Made by a program: the position numbers and the translations under genes
Notes under the pieces: generated by a model
The model's input: only the letters and a program-made list of their open reading frames with translations
What the model was told of the DNA's origin: nothing
Databases searched by the model: none
NCBI RefSeq assembly: GCF_006345805.1
Contig: NC_042999.1
Coordinates: 3,844,001 to 3,908,000 of the forward strand
DNA: 64,000 nt
Direction: 5' to 3'
Source of the DNA: Octopus sinensis
Lineage: Eukaryota
In this document: in pieces, positions 39,873 to 53,859 of the stretch
Layout of the letters: every line of letters begins with the position of its first letter
How positions within the stretch are numbered: the stretch's first letter is position 1

Positions 39873-42800
39873 TCCTTGTCTTGATATCACATGGTAGTTG
39901 TAAATGAATGACACTTAAGCAACCAGTATTCTGTGAGAACATGGCTGGTGATAGGCAAGTATTATCTGGTTTGGAAAATGATGATATATCTGCATGCATC
40001 CAGGAGACTGTCTTGTGCAAAACGAATTGAAGAAAATACACAAGTTTGACTAAATTCTTTCGAAGAAAGCTGTTCCATAAGCGTCTTCCAAATATTACGT
40101 TCATCCAGCAACTTAGAGTATATTTTTAATCACACGTTATACATTCATGCTTTATTTTTGTTAAGAAATAAAAAAGATCATCTGTTTTAGGAAGTGCTTA
40201 AAAATTGATATGGGATTATAATAAGGATCAAAATACTGGATTATCCTTCTGCAATTCAATAATCTAGAATAGCCATAAGCAACATCACATGCATCTTATA
40301 TAAATTACACATCGAGAAAGTCAAGATAACTTCAGTGTTTTCCACTCCCTTATTCAGTATAAGCATAGAATGATATACATCATCATCGTTTAATATGCAC
40401 TTTTCCCATGCTAGCCTGAGTCAGATGGAATTTATTAAGGCAGATTTTCTACATGCAGATAGGCTTTCTATTACCAACCCTCACCTGTTTACAAGATCAT
40501 ACTGCCCCATGGCTAACATGTTTTCTTTGGAAGACTGAAAATAGTATTGCTCGTGTGACAGTGACACTCATTTAAAATCATCATGATGACAAGACAAGGG
40601 TACACACACACACACACACACACATACACACACACACACACACACACGTCTTTACCCAGCCTGTATTAAAAGAAACCCAATATGACATGCAGTGGGACTG
40701 AACCCTAGACCACATGGTTGGGAAATAAGCTTCTTAACCACACAGCCATGCACACACACACAGAGTCATTTAATCAATTAGTCATTTGGAGGAGATCTTT
40801 TCTGTAATTTAGTACTTCAAATTGTAGACCAACATTGTTATATAAAAATAACACATGCCAATCTTAAATTCCTTTCACAGATTTACCATTTTCTGCTTTT
40901 TGTCTTCATTGTTTTTGATGTTCTTTCCTTCTCGCAGGCTTTATTTTACCTGAATTCTCAGTCTTCAGATAAAGAATATTTTTAAAAGGTCATTAACTAA
41001 TGTAATTTTAGACTTCCCCTTCTATGCTGCAACTGATTTGAATCTTTCTACTTCATTCTTTAAATTCTTTCTTTCGAGCACCTTTTTTCTTGCGCTTCTA
41101 ATCAGCTTTTTGCTACAGCTTCTTCCATCCTCAGCTCTTCATAATCCTTTCTGACCTATTTCTATCCCTGCTTTCTTCCTGTCAAGGACACAACATGCAT
41201 ATATGTTTGTGTTTACTTGTTTAACTCAGATGCATTCTGATAATTACTTCTCTGTTAATGTAAGATATATACAGAAATACACACATGTGTGCAATTGCAC
41301 GACCAAAAACAAGCTTAATGAGAGAATAAACAGTGTGTGTGTGTGTGTGTGTATTAAAAAAAAAAAAGATTTAAATTAAAAATTAATTATATGGAAAATC
41401 TTTTTAAAATATGCAGATTAACACTGACTTGATGGCAGAAAGTTTTCATGCAAATGCTTTTGCCGTTTTGAGCATTTCAAACATACAAGGCAATCTGTGT
41501 ACAACATATGTATAAATACACACACACACACACACTTACATGGAAGCACACAAATACATGATGCTTTATACAATATGCTTTATACGCCCTTTGTGACAAG
41601 TTGTGGTGCACTCGAGCACTGTATACAATAATTTTATTATATCTTATATAGGACCACAGAAACACATATATAACATATACGCTTTCCTTCATCTTCCCAT
41701 TAGTAATATCAGGCTCTGCCTTAGTCTCTGCTGAGTTAAGAGGTGGGCTGGTGACTTTTAAGTCAAAATAGTGATCATATCATATTAAGAGTAATAATCA
41801 AATTATCTGGTTTGATTGGTTACTAATATAGAAGACATACATCTAGTTATAAATTTTCAAAAATAAGCATTATTTAAATATCTTTCATGCGTACCTAGCA
41901 AAATAATTTTTTTAAAAAATAAATTACATCTAAGAATATGAGTGTTTAGAATTACTCTAACATAAATTTTCACTAAAATCTTCAGGGCAGAGAGTAGTTG
42001 TTGTTAAGCAACAAAACAGGTAAGGGTAATTAGGTGATGGTCTAGGGCTTAGGGGCAGGAGACCCCGAACCTTGGAAAAAAAAAGCCTTTGGTCGTCTTG
42101 TAGTTGAGGGCTCTTTGTTGATGCCCGATACCACTGGGAGGTGGCCCTCAAAGTCACTGGAAATGGAGATCTCCAGGTCCAAATTCTTGGACAGAGAGTA
42201 TGCAAAATCTGGTAGACACAGGCATGGCTATGTGGGTAAGAATGTTGTTTCACAATCACATGGTTTTTGTATTCAGTCTCACAACATGGTACCTTGAGCA
42301 AGTGTCATTTACTGTAGTAAATCAAAGCCTTGTGAGTGGATTTGGTAAACAGAAACTAAAAGAAACCAGTCATTTGTCTGAGATTGTGCATTTTCATGTC
42401 TGTTTGTATTGACATTGTGTTTCAGCTGCAAATGGTTGTCACTATTATATGAGCAACATCATTCATTTACAATTTACCATGCAACCACGTCTAGCCATTG
42501 CACTATTCATGTTCAAAAGACTAGGAGAAAACATTAAGTTGTGTGTTATTAGATAGGGGGTTGGTGACTGAAATTATTCGAATCAGAGAAAATTTTTGCC
42601 GCAACCAATTTAACCTGAACCATACAAGCATAAAAATATGAATATTAAAACAATGAAGATGATGGTAAAAATTGTCTTGGCAGTATGTTTTCTGCAGAGT
42701 AGTGGTTCACAAGAGGTACTTTATAGTTAGTAATAGATTTTTTTTTTTTAAATTACAGCCACCATCTTTAATTACATAAGCTAAAGTTGGTAATAAATTT

Positions 42801-43715
42801 CCAAATGTTGGGTGAGGGGAGTGGAAGAAAGGTTGCAAAACACTGCTGCAGAATATATAATTCTGAAAATATTTCAAAGCAAAAATTAGACATGTATAGT
42901 TTTCATACAGAATTAACGAAGCTCTGAAATAACTAGCAACAGTAAAAATTTAATTATCTCTAATTCATGAGTTAATTAATGTAGGTGCACAGTATCGATT
43001 TTGACATCTACCACACTTTAGAGTTGAATAAATAATAACATCTATTTAATGTAAAAAAAAGAAAAAAAGATTACAGGACAGTAATACTGAGGTGTCATCA
43101 CTGATTGCAGCATGATAAATTTAAGAGTGAATGTTTAATTCTTGATGCCAATCTGCTTGTGACCTCCCCTACTTGTGTGATACAACTTCCTTGTTTAAAA
43201 ACCTTCCTTCAAAATTTATATCAATTTATGTTGCAAACTCCAGTTTTAATAATGACAAGGTTCAAAATTCTTCATTATTTTTTTCCAAATTAAATGAAAT
43301 AAAGACGGTACATTTCAACAGAAATATGATAATAAGAATAGTTAAGGTTGAATAATAAAAGGAAAATGGAATGTTATTTTTAGGTTCATGACAATTATGT
43401 ATTTGATAGCAACTTGTATTGTCATTGATTTTTTTTTTAAGAAACTTTAATTTTATGATGTGAATATAAAGGAATGAAAATCATATTTAAAAAAAAATGA
43501 GAATAGGCATATGATGAAAACAGTCATATAGGAAGTTGATAGTTGTGTATTGCATAACCACAACCCACTGACTGAAACAAGTCAAAGAGTAAGAAAATGA
43601 AAAATAGCTGTGGATATATATATATAATATTAGGGAGTATAACTCCAAACTTACAGGGAAAAATTCAATTTAGTATTAAATCAACTTTCACAGTATAAAT
43701 ATATAAAATATGAAT

Positions 43716-43860
43716 TAGAGATAAAACCACTATTATGCAATTCAAACAGTGATAGACATAAACCAATACATAAATAACAAATAATATATATATATATATA
43801 TATTATGTATTGGTTTATGTCTATCACTGTTTGAGTTGCATAATAGTGGTTTTATCTCTA
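43716..43860. repeat. 58-bp inverted repeat (57/58) around a 29-bp AT/(TA)n spacer
   Basis: 43716-43773 is the reverse complement of 43803-43860 with one mismatch. Confidence 0.93.
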
Positions 43861-44150
43861 GTATATACCCAATCCTCTGTCCCTATTCGCTATCATAACC
43901 TTATGTTCAAACAATTTAGATATCTTTCATTGTAACAACAACAACGAGGGATAAAATTTAATCAACTTTTACTAAGATAAAACTATTATTAGAAAGATAG
44001 AGTTTAGAAAACAAATGAATCAGAGCTTAAATTCTTCAGCCTCATCTATGTTGTAATTCCAATATAATACCATATGTTATGAAATATGATATTAAATAGT
44101 CATTGGATTGAAATGAATGCAAATAGATCCAAGCCAATTCAAATTCAATA

Positions 44151-44202
<52 letters not shown>

Positions 44203-44563
44203 TATATATATATATATATGGCTTTTGGTTTAATAAATGAACAAAACCATGCAAAGATGGTATCTTCATATATTTTAAATCTAATTTTTATAGAATGATT
44301 GGAAAATAAGACATAAGGCACACACACAAAAAGTAGGCGTACAGACGTGGGTGTAAGAAGTCTGTGTGGTAAGAAGTCTGTTCCATAACCACATGGTTCT
44401 GGGTTCAGTTCACATTGTTTTGAATTAATCATGTATTATCTCATAATTTTAAGATTTCAGTGTGATTAGAACGATGTTGTTGGATAGGTGTAAGAGACCA
44501 GATCTGGCCAGTTTGAATGTAAAACAGGTGGAATATTTGAGTTGGGTATGGCCAGTTTAAATA

Positions 44564-44704
44564 TAAGGTTGTCCCAAAAGTTCGTAGAAAGCCTTGGAAT
44601 ATAATGGTCTTTATTTTGAGGAATAATTTTTGTTGTTTTTGTTAGTACTTGGCGAGTAAAAATTCAATTTTCACAAGTGTTTACGAACTTTTGGGACAAC
44701 CTAA
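44564..44704. mobile_element. mariner-type MITE (141 bp)
   Basis: 23-bp TIRs t(a/t)aggttgtcccaaaagttcgta (22/23), with TA on both flanks. Confidence 0.9.
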
Positions 44705-44714
44705 TACTAGGTTA

Positions 44715-44817
44715 GATGATGATGATGATGATTGTGATGGTGATGATGATGATGATGATGATGATGACGATGACGACAACAACGACGATGATGACCATGA
44801 TGATGATGATGATGATG
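44715..44817. repeat. (GAT/GAC)n tract
   Basis: Direct reading. Confidence 0.95.
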
Positions 44818-45396
44818 CAATGAGCTTCTTTAAATTTTTGTCTACCAAATCCATTCTCAAGGCTTTGGTAAGCCTAGGATAAAGTATAAAGTATTTGCCC
44901 AAGGTGCCTTGCAGTGGACTGAACCCAAACCAACAAGGTTGGAATATCAGCTTAACTGCAAGCAATGTATGGATGGATGGAAAGGAAAGAAGTGAAATAC
45001 AAACAGATGAGATGTATCAGTTTACTTAAATATGTAAAATAACTTTGTTACTAGAGAGATGTGCATAAAGCAGTCATGTGCTACGTAAGTAATACACGAA
45101 GGACTTTATATATTATTAAATAATTTTAACATTTCAATACAGCTGTTTCTTACAGTTTGATCTGAGCTTGCAGCACTGCTGCACAAATATAACGAGAAAC
45201 TGTTTTTTCTTTGAAAGATTATTAAATTGTAGAGATAAGACAAAATTTCACAAAATACATACAATTTTAATATTTAACCTTGATAATAAGCAAGAATTGA
45301 TTTCAAAAATAAAATTATATCCTTGTATGTGAAACAGAAAAGTGTGTAAATAGACAAAAGAGAAATAAATGTGTTGCTTTATAAAATTCATAAGTG

Positions 45397-45577
45397 TTAA
45401 CCCTTTTGTTACCATATTTCTGCTGAAATAAACAGCTTTAGTTTCAATTAATTTTCAAAATAATGAAGAACAGCATGGAATTTTGAAGGAAGGTCTTAAT
45501 TTAGATCATTTTAAAACAGCAAGTTTACATCATAGGAACAGAGGCAGTCTCAGACTGGTTGGAATCAAAAAGGTTAA
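45397..45577. mobile_element. TTAA-flanked piggyBac-like MITE (relatives near 150-300, 680-830, 4900-5030, 25270-25470, 29755-29900)
   Basis: ttaa-cccttttgttacca ... ttggaatcaaaaagg-ttaa. Confidence 0.65.
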
Positions 45578-46222
45578 ACAAACAAGAGAATGTCGCATTA
45601 TATGGCCACTTGACAATTAGAAATAGCAGCCACATTTCCTTAAAACAGATCTCACTATCTTAGGACACAGTGATTATTGTACTCCTGGGTAACATTAAGA
45701 CATGATGGTCACAGGGTTGGAATGCCTTTGATTTAAGTTTGTTCAACCAGGACTGACCTCAAATTAAACAACAACCATTCATAGCCTCATTTCTTTAACA
45801 TTCTACAACATTTAATTATGCTATAAACCAGGTGCTATTTCACAGACCAATTATAACTTTCATAAGTTTACATTTCATAGTTAACGAATTTCTCCTAATA
45901 GGTAAATTTAATAGGATGTTAACTAGAGAAGGTTTTATACATCCATATATATATATATATATATTTATATACACCCACACACACACCTGTGCTTGTGAGT
46001 GTCTGTATTCAGGAATTCCCTCCATGGTTACAGAATTAGTTTTATTTTATTTTTCTTAAAAACGCATTTTTTGCAGTAATACATTTCAATTTGTTACATA
46101 CAAATCATTAGGAAAATAGGTGTTGCATTTTGGAATTCCCTCATTACAACAAAGCTTTCCGAAAATGCAATTGCTCAACTATGAAAAAATTGTTATACAC
46201 ATACATACACCACACACACACA

Positions 46223-46311
<89 letters not shown>

Positions 46312-46324
46312 AATCAAATTTGAT

Positions 46325-46778
46325 GACTGGCATCCATGCTAATGGAGCACTAAGAATACCATACAAGTGAGATCGTTGCCAGAGCAACAAGCAAGCCTCC
46401 ATGCTGATGGCACATTGAAAACACCATTTGAGTGTGATCATTACCTGCGTGGCCTTACTAGCACTTGTGCTAGTGGCACGTGACAAAAGCATCCGAGCGA
46501 GGTCGATGCCAGTGCCGCTGGACTAGCTCCTGTGCAGGTGGCACATAAAAATCACCATTTGAGAGTGGCTGTTGCCAGTACCACCTTGTGCTGGTGGCAT
46601 GTAAAAGCACCCACTGCACTCTTGGAGTGGTTGGCGTTAAGAAGGGCATCCAACTGTAGAAACTCTGCCAGATCAGATTGGAGTCTGGTGCAGCCTTCTG
46701 GTTCGCCAGACCTCAGTCAAATCATCCAAACTATGCTAGCATGGAAAGCGGGCATTAAACGATGATGATGATGATGAT
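46325..46778 (+). mobile_element. Family E RTE-type 3' end
   Basis: Four modules plus tail gcgggcattaaacgatgatg. Confidence 0.85.
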
Positions 46779-48064
46779 ATATATATATACAAGGAGAATT
46801 TACAAAAGACAAAAGATGAAGACAGGTGGTATAGACAACAAACAGATGTATTAGTTTAACACTCGGGAAGTGTAAAAGTCTTATATATATATATAATAAA
46901 CAGATATGGTTATGGGGACTAGAAATTTGCTTCCAAACTGTATGGTTCTGTACCATTGTGTGGCACCTTGAACAAGTATTTTCTACAATAGCCCCAAGTT
47001 GATCAAAATCTTGTTAGTGAATTTGTTATATGGGAAGTGAAAGAATCCTATCACATGTGTGCGTATGTGATTGTCTACATGTGCATATGATCGCATGTGT
47101 GTGTGTGCTTATGACTTCATCTCCTTGTCTTGACCCTGCATGATAACTGTAATGTCATACAGCCATCTACCTGAGTCACTGTCATGCTGGTGACAGAAAG
47201 GGCATCTGGCCATAGAAAATTACAACAAATTCCATGTAACCAATACAAACATGAAAAGTAAATATTAAAATGATTACATATATATATATATAATCATCAC
47301 CATCATTATCATAATCATCATTTATTTATATACACGCACATGCACATATATATGTGTACATATATATTTATACACTCACAACAATGCTCAGCTCTCAACA
47401 GATTCTTTAAAAAATATATATCATGGTATGGAATGGGTTAAAAAAAAACTTACCATTCAAAGAAATCTAATTTCAAATTATCTTTGAAAATTGTTACAAC
47501 AGCTGTTCCAAAACTTTTAAATATGTTTCAGATATCTTATCACAATAATCAACAACACAGATTTTTAAAAATATGCAAAAGTGTACAAATGTTTAACACA
47601 AATTCACTTTCGTTTGCTTTTATTTGTTAAATTGACAAATTCCTAAACAGAAAATAAGATATATTTCGAAGAAACTTTGTGTCTTATTTTTATTATTTTT
47701 GCCATGATCACTTCTAAAATATGAAATTATATATTTCTCACTTTTTCTAATTAACTCTCTTGATGCCAATCTGCCATAGACTACCTTACCCTTACTTCTT
47801 TGATACAAAGATATTTTGAAAATATTCATATTGAAATCTAAACTTTCCATCATAATTTGATCTTGGGAGAACCTGTTAAGTTTGTTCCAAACATTATTTT
47901 AACTCTTTTTGTTACCATTTTTCTCTTGAAACATACTGTTTTAATTACCATATTTGCTGGTGTATCTGACATACTCTCACTATGTCAAGACAGGGAGACA
48001 ACAACAGAAATTCAAGAGCATTGATTTCTATGACAAAATTCTATAAAATTATCTGCTTATGCTT

Positions 48065-48500
48065 TTAAACCTTTAGCATTCAGATTACTTTACCAAGTGT
48101 TGTTGGCATCCTTTTTGCCTTGGGTACAATGGAGTTGTGCATAGAATAATCTAGTCCGGCTTTCACATTTCATGTCCTAATACATCTGCTGTGGCTGTGT
48201 AGTCCTATCCTGGATAAACATTCCCTCTGGCAGGTGCCGCAAATGAAGCGAAGACTTTGCCTGGCTGGTTGTAATGTCATAGTTTCTTGTTTGTCTTTTA
48301 CCAAGTGTAATGCTTATTTATTCATATTGCTTTAAATTAATCGTGCTTCATCTTGTAGTTTTCAGATTTCAATGATGTGACTGTTTAGTTTTAAAATGAC
48401 ATTGTGGAGTATGTGTAAGAGACCAGATCTGCTCTGTATGAATATAAAGTATGTAGAATATTTGGGCCTGATACAGCCAGTTTATATGCTAAAGGGTTAA
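48065..48500. mobile_element. TTAA-flanked piggyBac-like MITE, second family
   Basis: ttaa-acctttagcat ... atgctaaaggg-ttaa; partial relatives at ~16090-16220 and ~44410-44560. Confidence 0.65.
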
Positions 48501-49587
48501 ACAGCTATAGTTTTCATGGGGGTCATTATCTTAGTATGCTGACCTTGAAAATGAGACATTGGAATTCTATTTCAAAATTGAAATAAGGCTGAGATCTGCA
48601 ATACAAGAATTTGAATTACCCATCTATATAAGAATGCATAATTGACAGTGACATTGTTACAGAAGGCAGACAGCATCATTTTGATTTCTAAATCTGCCTC
48701 AACGAGTTCTATCTGACTCATGTGAGCATGGAAAAATGAACATTAAACAATGATGACAACTGTATGTTCAAGAACTACACTAGATACTGTGTTGTAAGTG
48801 GAGTCGCTAAGCTAAAATATATATCCTACCAATTTTGTATGCACTAAAATTTTCCAATGATAGAAGTTTCTTCTTTACATTTATACCATCCATTTACTCA
48901 ATTCAGACAAATTTCTATAAACATACTTATGGTCTGGTGCTTATTTTATTTTATCCTATTTTCTGTTTTTAACCATTAAGAACAGCTACAAGTACCACCA
49001 AGCAAAGTGAGAGTGGCAGAATCATGTATTTGTATGTGTATCTATCTATAGCTACAAACATATATATATCATCATCATCATCATCATCATTTAGCATCAT
49101 ATATATATATATATATATATATATGTTCTTTTGTTGTGCTTTTATTCCTACTTGCAAATATCAATCACACATACGTACATATTATATATATATATATATA
49201 TATATGCACACATGCATACAAATACATACATGTGTATGTTTTTAATGTAATGTGTATATTTTCAAGAATATTTCTACATTAATCTTCTAGTAATATATTG
49301 GACGGTTTCTTATAACTGAAATATTTGCTGAATCTCTTGAGCCTGGCTGGTAGCAATGGCATGACATTCCCATCATGTGCATTAATCATAGCAAAATATG
49401 CTTATTTGATTATGTTGGCAAAACTGTCTCACAAAATGACAACAATGTTCAATCACACATAAACTCCAAACTGAACCAATCTTGGAGCACTATATGAGGG
49501 TTTCTAATACAATGTTTAAAAAGAAATATATTTTAAGAACAACGAAATTTTATAGAACAAGGAATTAATATATATCTCTGATATATA

Positions 49588-49750
49588 GGCGCAGGAGTGG
49601 CTGTGTGGTAAGTAGCTTGCTAACCAACCACATGGTTGCGGGTTCAGTTCCACTGCGTGGCACCTTGGGCAAGTGTCTTCTGCTATAGCCCCGGGCCGAC
49701 CAATGCCTTGTGAGTGGATTTGGTAGACAGAAACTGAAAGAAGCCTGTCG

Positions 49751-49797
<47 letters not shown>

Positions 49798-50003
49798 TTG
49801 TGTGTCTGTGTTTGTTCCCCTAGCATTGCTTGACCGATGCTGGTGTGTTTACGTCCCCGTCACTTAGCGGTTCGGCAAAAGAGACCGATAGAATAAGTAC
49901 TGGGCTTACAAAGAATAAGTCCCGGGGTCGATTTGCTCGACTAAAGGCGGTGCTCCAGCATGGCCACAGTCAAATGACTGAAACAAGTAAAAGAGTAAAA
50001 GAG
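49588..50003 (+). mobile_element. Full-length young family B SINE
   Basis: CpG-retaining, complete from head to tail. Confidence 0.92.
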
Positions 50004-50029
50004 TATTCATCTGTTATAAGGTTTTTGTT

Positions 50030-50403
50030 ACATTTGACTGAGGCCAAACTGGAGCACCGCCTTTAATCCAGCAAAGTGACCCCAGGACTTATTCTTTGTA
50101 AGCCTAGTACTTATTCTATCGGTCTCTTTTGCCGAACTGCTAAGTTACAGGGATGTAAACACACCAGCATCGGTTGTCAAGCGATGTTGGGGTGACAAAC
50201 ACAGACACACAAATATAAACACACACATACACACATATACATATATACAACGGGCTTTTTTCAGTTTCCGTCTACCAAATCTACTCACAAGGCTTTGGTC
50301 GGCCCAAGGCTATAGTAGGAGATACTTGCCCAAGGTGCCACGCAGTGGGACTGAACCCGAACCATGTGGTTGATAAGCAAGCTACTTACCACACAGCCAC
50401 TCC
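50030..50403 (-). mobile_element. Family B SINE, tail-to-tail with the previous copy
   Basis: Reverse-complement copy starting a few tens of bp after the + copy ends. Confidence 0.9.
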
Positions 50404-51386
50404 TAATCCAAACATAATTAGGTTAAGACAAATATCTCATAAATATTCTTTGTAACTTTCACTGCCAAGCCTTCACAACACACTTTGTTTATTCACTAGT
50501 AACATATTGTGAAGGTAAACACACTCCCTATACTTGCTAAAATAATATGGCAGGTTCAAACGTTTAAAACTAAATCTAACACCATGTACTAACCCCCTAA
50601 GAACCCTTACTCTGAAAAGTAAGTTAATAACTTACTTCCATTGCAGAGAATACAGTATACCAATTAGAAAAAGGAAAAAGTTAAATATATTCCATTTACA
50701 GTTAAATTTCAAGAGAGGTTCCAGGGGTTAGGAAGTTAACAGGTGGCATTGTATTTCAAATATTTCCAACTTCATATGATTAGAGTTGAAGGGTTGAATA
50801 TTTCCAATTTTTAATTCATTTCTAAGAAAGAAAAAGGTGTGTCACGAAGGTTTAGTATGTATAACATGACGGCTGTCTTCTAAGAATGTTCTGAGAATTA
50901 TTATTATATGTTTTATATCTTAAAACAAAGGCAATGTTTCTCTTTCACTTGTTTTATCAACTGGTCAACCACTTAACTAATTGATTGCTTGGTTAACCAT
51001 ATTTGGCCTTCAATTAATGGCCCCAGAGTGGACAGACACCCGGAATAGTAAGGGCAAATCATGGATGAGGTTACAAATGGTGACAAGAGAACTACCAAAC
51101 CTAACCAGTTAATTGACTGAATGATTACTCTGTCAGTTAATTGGTTAACTAACTGGCAAAGAATAAATGAAATTAAATAGAACCAGTGTGTTTATTATTG
51201 GTATAATGATTTCCTAAGATACAAAATCTGTTTCAACAAACAATTTCACTGCATGAATCTTGCAAAAACATTATTATATGACCTTTTTTAATCCAGCATG
51301 AGATTGAAACTAAGGATGCTGGAAAATTGGTAGAGTACCTGTATTTGACATTTTAAATTTAATCGTTTTAATAATTTTTCTCATAA

Positions 51387-51488
51387 TTAACTTTTGTTTC
51401 TTTCTTTCTCTTTTTCTAGGTAAGTTGAAACTTATTCTGTTCTATCTTTCAAATATATTCACTTTCAAAATATAAAACACAGGTAAGA
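51387..51488 (+). promoter_or_regulatory. Candidate recursive splice site with 63-nt cryptic exon
   Basis: TTAAC (51387-91), 27-nt pyrimidine tract, AG|GTAAGT at 51419/51420, second donor CAG|GTAAGA at 51482/51483. Confidence 0.4.
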
Positions 51489-53859
51489 AACTTGACCTAC
51501 ATTCTAAACTTAATAACCACAGCAAAATAATTCAGAAGGAAGAAAAAAAATCTATAAATTTGTTGTTATACATCAATAAGCAAAATATATTCATAACATT
51601 CTCTTTCTTGTTCGGATATTCAACAACTGAAGATTCCTCCTGCAATTATTTTAAATTGCAGACATTTTCTTTCACCTCTTTCCTCTGGTAATATTCTTGG
51701 AGAAAGTATATTACTATTTCCACAGAGGTAGAGCTTTGTTTAAACTGTGATAAGCATTAAAATCACATACTGGAAAAAATATCAAAAGTCCATCTGATAT
51801 GCACACGCCACACACATACATAGTAATCTTTCATTTTACAATCAGAAAACAAGTGAAAATATTGATATTCTGCAGTTTCCATGTAGACATGCTAACTAGG
51901 TACCTCCTACCCATTTTTTTCTCCAAGAATTTCTTCAGATTCCAATGGGTCTTTTAGCACAAAGAATATAAAAAAACAGCTTTTCAAATTACTAATACTC
52001 ATCACTCAGTTTTTATTTTTCTTAATTCCATGTTCAAAAACTTGATGATTATGATTTGGAAAATTTTTCTCTAGTTTCATTTTTTAAACCAATGTGCTTA
52101 CAATAATTTTTCATTTTCACTTAGTGATTGTAAAACACAAAGTATACCACACACACACACACACGCACACATACATAAATGTCTAATACACAATGGTAAT
52201 TTAAATGATACAAGGAATTGAATATAATCATGAATTTGAAAATTTGTACTTAATATTTCTTATCAAAAAAAAAAAGAGAAACAATTTGGTAACGAGCTAA
52301 AGGCATGAGTATAATTTTTTCTAAGTAATCCAAGAATTGTAAAATGTTAAAGTGGATGATTGTTAATGTAAATTTAAAGTAAAAGAGATTAGAATAGAGC
52401 AAAAATTTGATTCTTTAAGGTATTTATATTTTTCTAAAAAATTCTATGGAAATTTTAATGGACAGACTTTTAGTTTTTAGTGAAATATTTGAGAATTTGA
52501 AGAAAAGTATTTATGTACCATTTAGTTTAGCTTCTAAAAAAATGGCTAAAGAATTCTATATATCAAAATATTTGTGGTAAAGACAATGTTTAGTATTTTT
52601 AACAGATGTGTCTTATGAAATTCTTCAATCTGAATACTTATTGTATAATTGATGAGACATTCCTATGGAATCAGATATCTAGTGTGCTAATTTTTTTGTA
52701 TCTGTACATTTTAAGCATTCTGCAAAAAAAAAAAAAAAAAAATGTGGGGTGGGAACAAGTTTTGCTCCCCACCCATTTCCTTTCTGTAATTTTCCAGTCT
52801 TAATGTTCTTTCAAAAATTTTATCCACACTTAAGTCTTAGAAGCATTTCAGGTACATATAACTGCAGGAATTTTTGTTTTTCCACATATTATTTTGGTTT
52901 CATTATCAATCCTGCAGAGTTATGTATTTAACACCAAAAATTGCCTATAATTTTTTTTAATAACAATCAATTTGGTATTCCTACAGAATCAAATAGGAAA
53001 TTATCTCACACACCAAAAACTAACTTCCTAAGACATTTATGCCCTAAGCATTAACAATCACTAAAAAAAAAAAGTTGGAGAATCCCTGCCACCCATTCTT
53101 TTCCTCTCTGTAAATTTACGGTTTCACCATTTTAAAAAATTTGGTAAATTTTTGCAATTACACCTGTCTATCATAGGTGTAATTTCAATTTTTATCCAAA
53201 ATTTTGTATTATTTTATCAATTTTTCCATTTTTATCTTCTAAATTCAGTAAATTTTTACTATTACACCCAACTCATGAGATGTATGTAAGAGAAAAATAT
53301 ATATTTTTGGAATAACTATCAGTATTTTGTAGAGAAGAAAAAAGAACAAGGAATTAGGTAGTTGTTTCATTCTATGAACAAAAATTTTGCTAACAAAAAA
53401 AAAACAACATGGACCTCCACTCCCACCCCACACCGATTTCATACCATTTTTCAGTAAATTATTATTACACCCATCTTTTGAAATGGATACAATAGGAAAA
53501 TTTATACTATAGAATGTTACATACATTTTTGAAGAATGATATTTTCTTTCTTTAGAAAAAATATATCCAAAATAATCAAATCTATGTTGAAGAATAAGAT
53601 GTAAAGCTACAAGTCTGAAGCAAAAGAGGAAGTCAGACAGAGAGTAGTTATCTTTTAACTTTTACTTGTTTCAGTCATTAGACTGCGGTCATGCTGGGGC
53701 ACTGCCTTGAAAAGTAGTAATTTTCTGAAGGCAGTAATATATCTCATAAGTTTATTCAGCTTATATATTATATGTTATATATATATTTATTATATTTTAT
53801 ATATATATATATATATAATATATATATATATATAAATATATATATACATTTTCTGTGTC

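Noticed and set aside
42020-42200. GC-richer stretch with an open minus-strand frame (DFAYSLSKNLDLEISISSDFEGH..)
   Set aside because: The acceptor lies at a SINE junction, there is no good donor and no recognisable domain; probably a TE remnant.
44649-44965. Poly-Asp and poly-Ser ORFs
   Set aside because: A (GAT/GAC)n tract between a mariner MITE and a SINE fragment.
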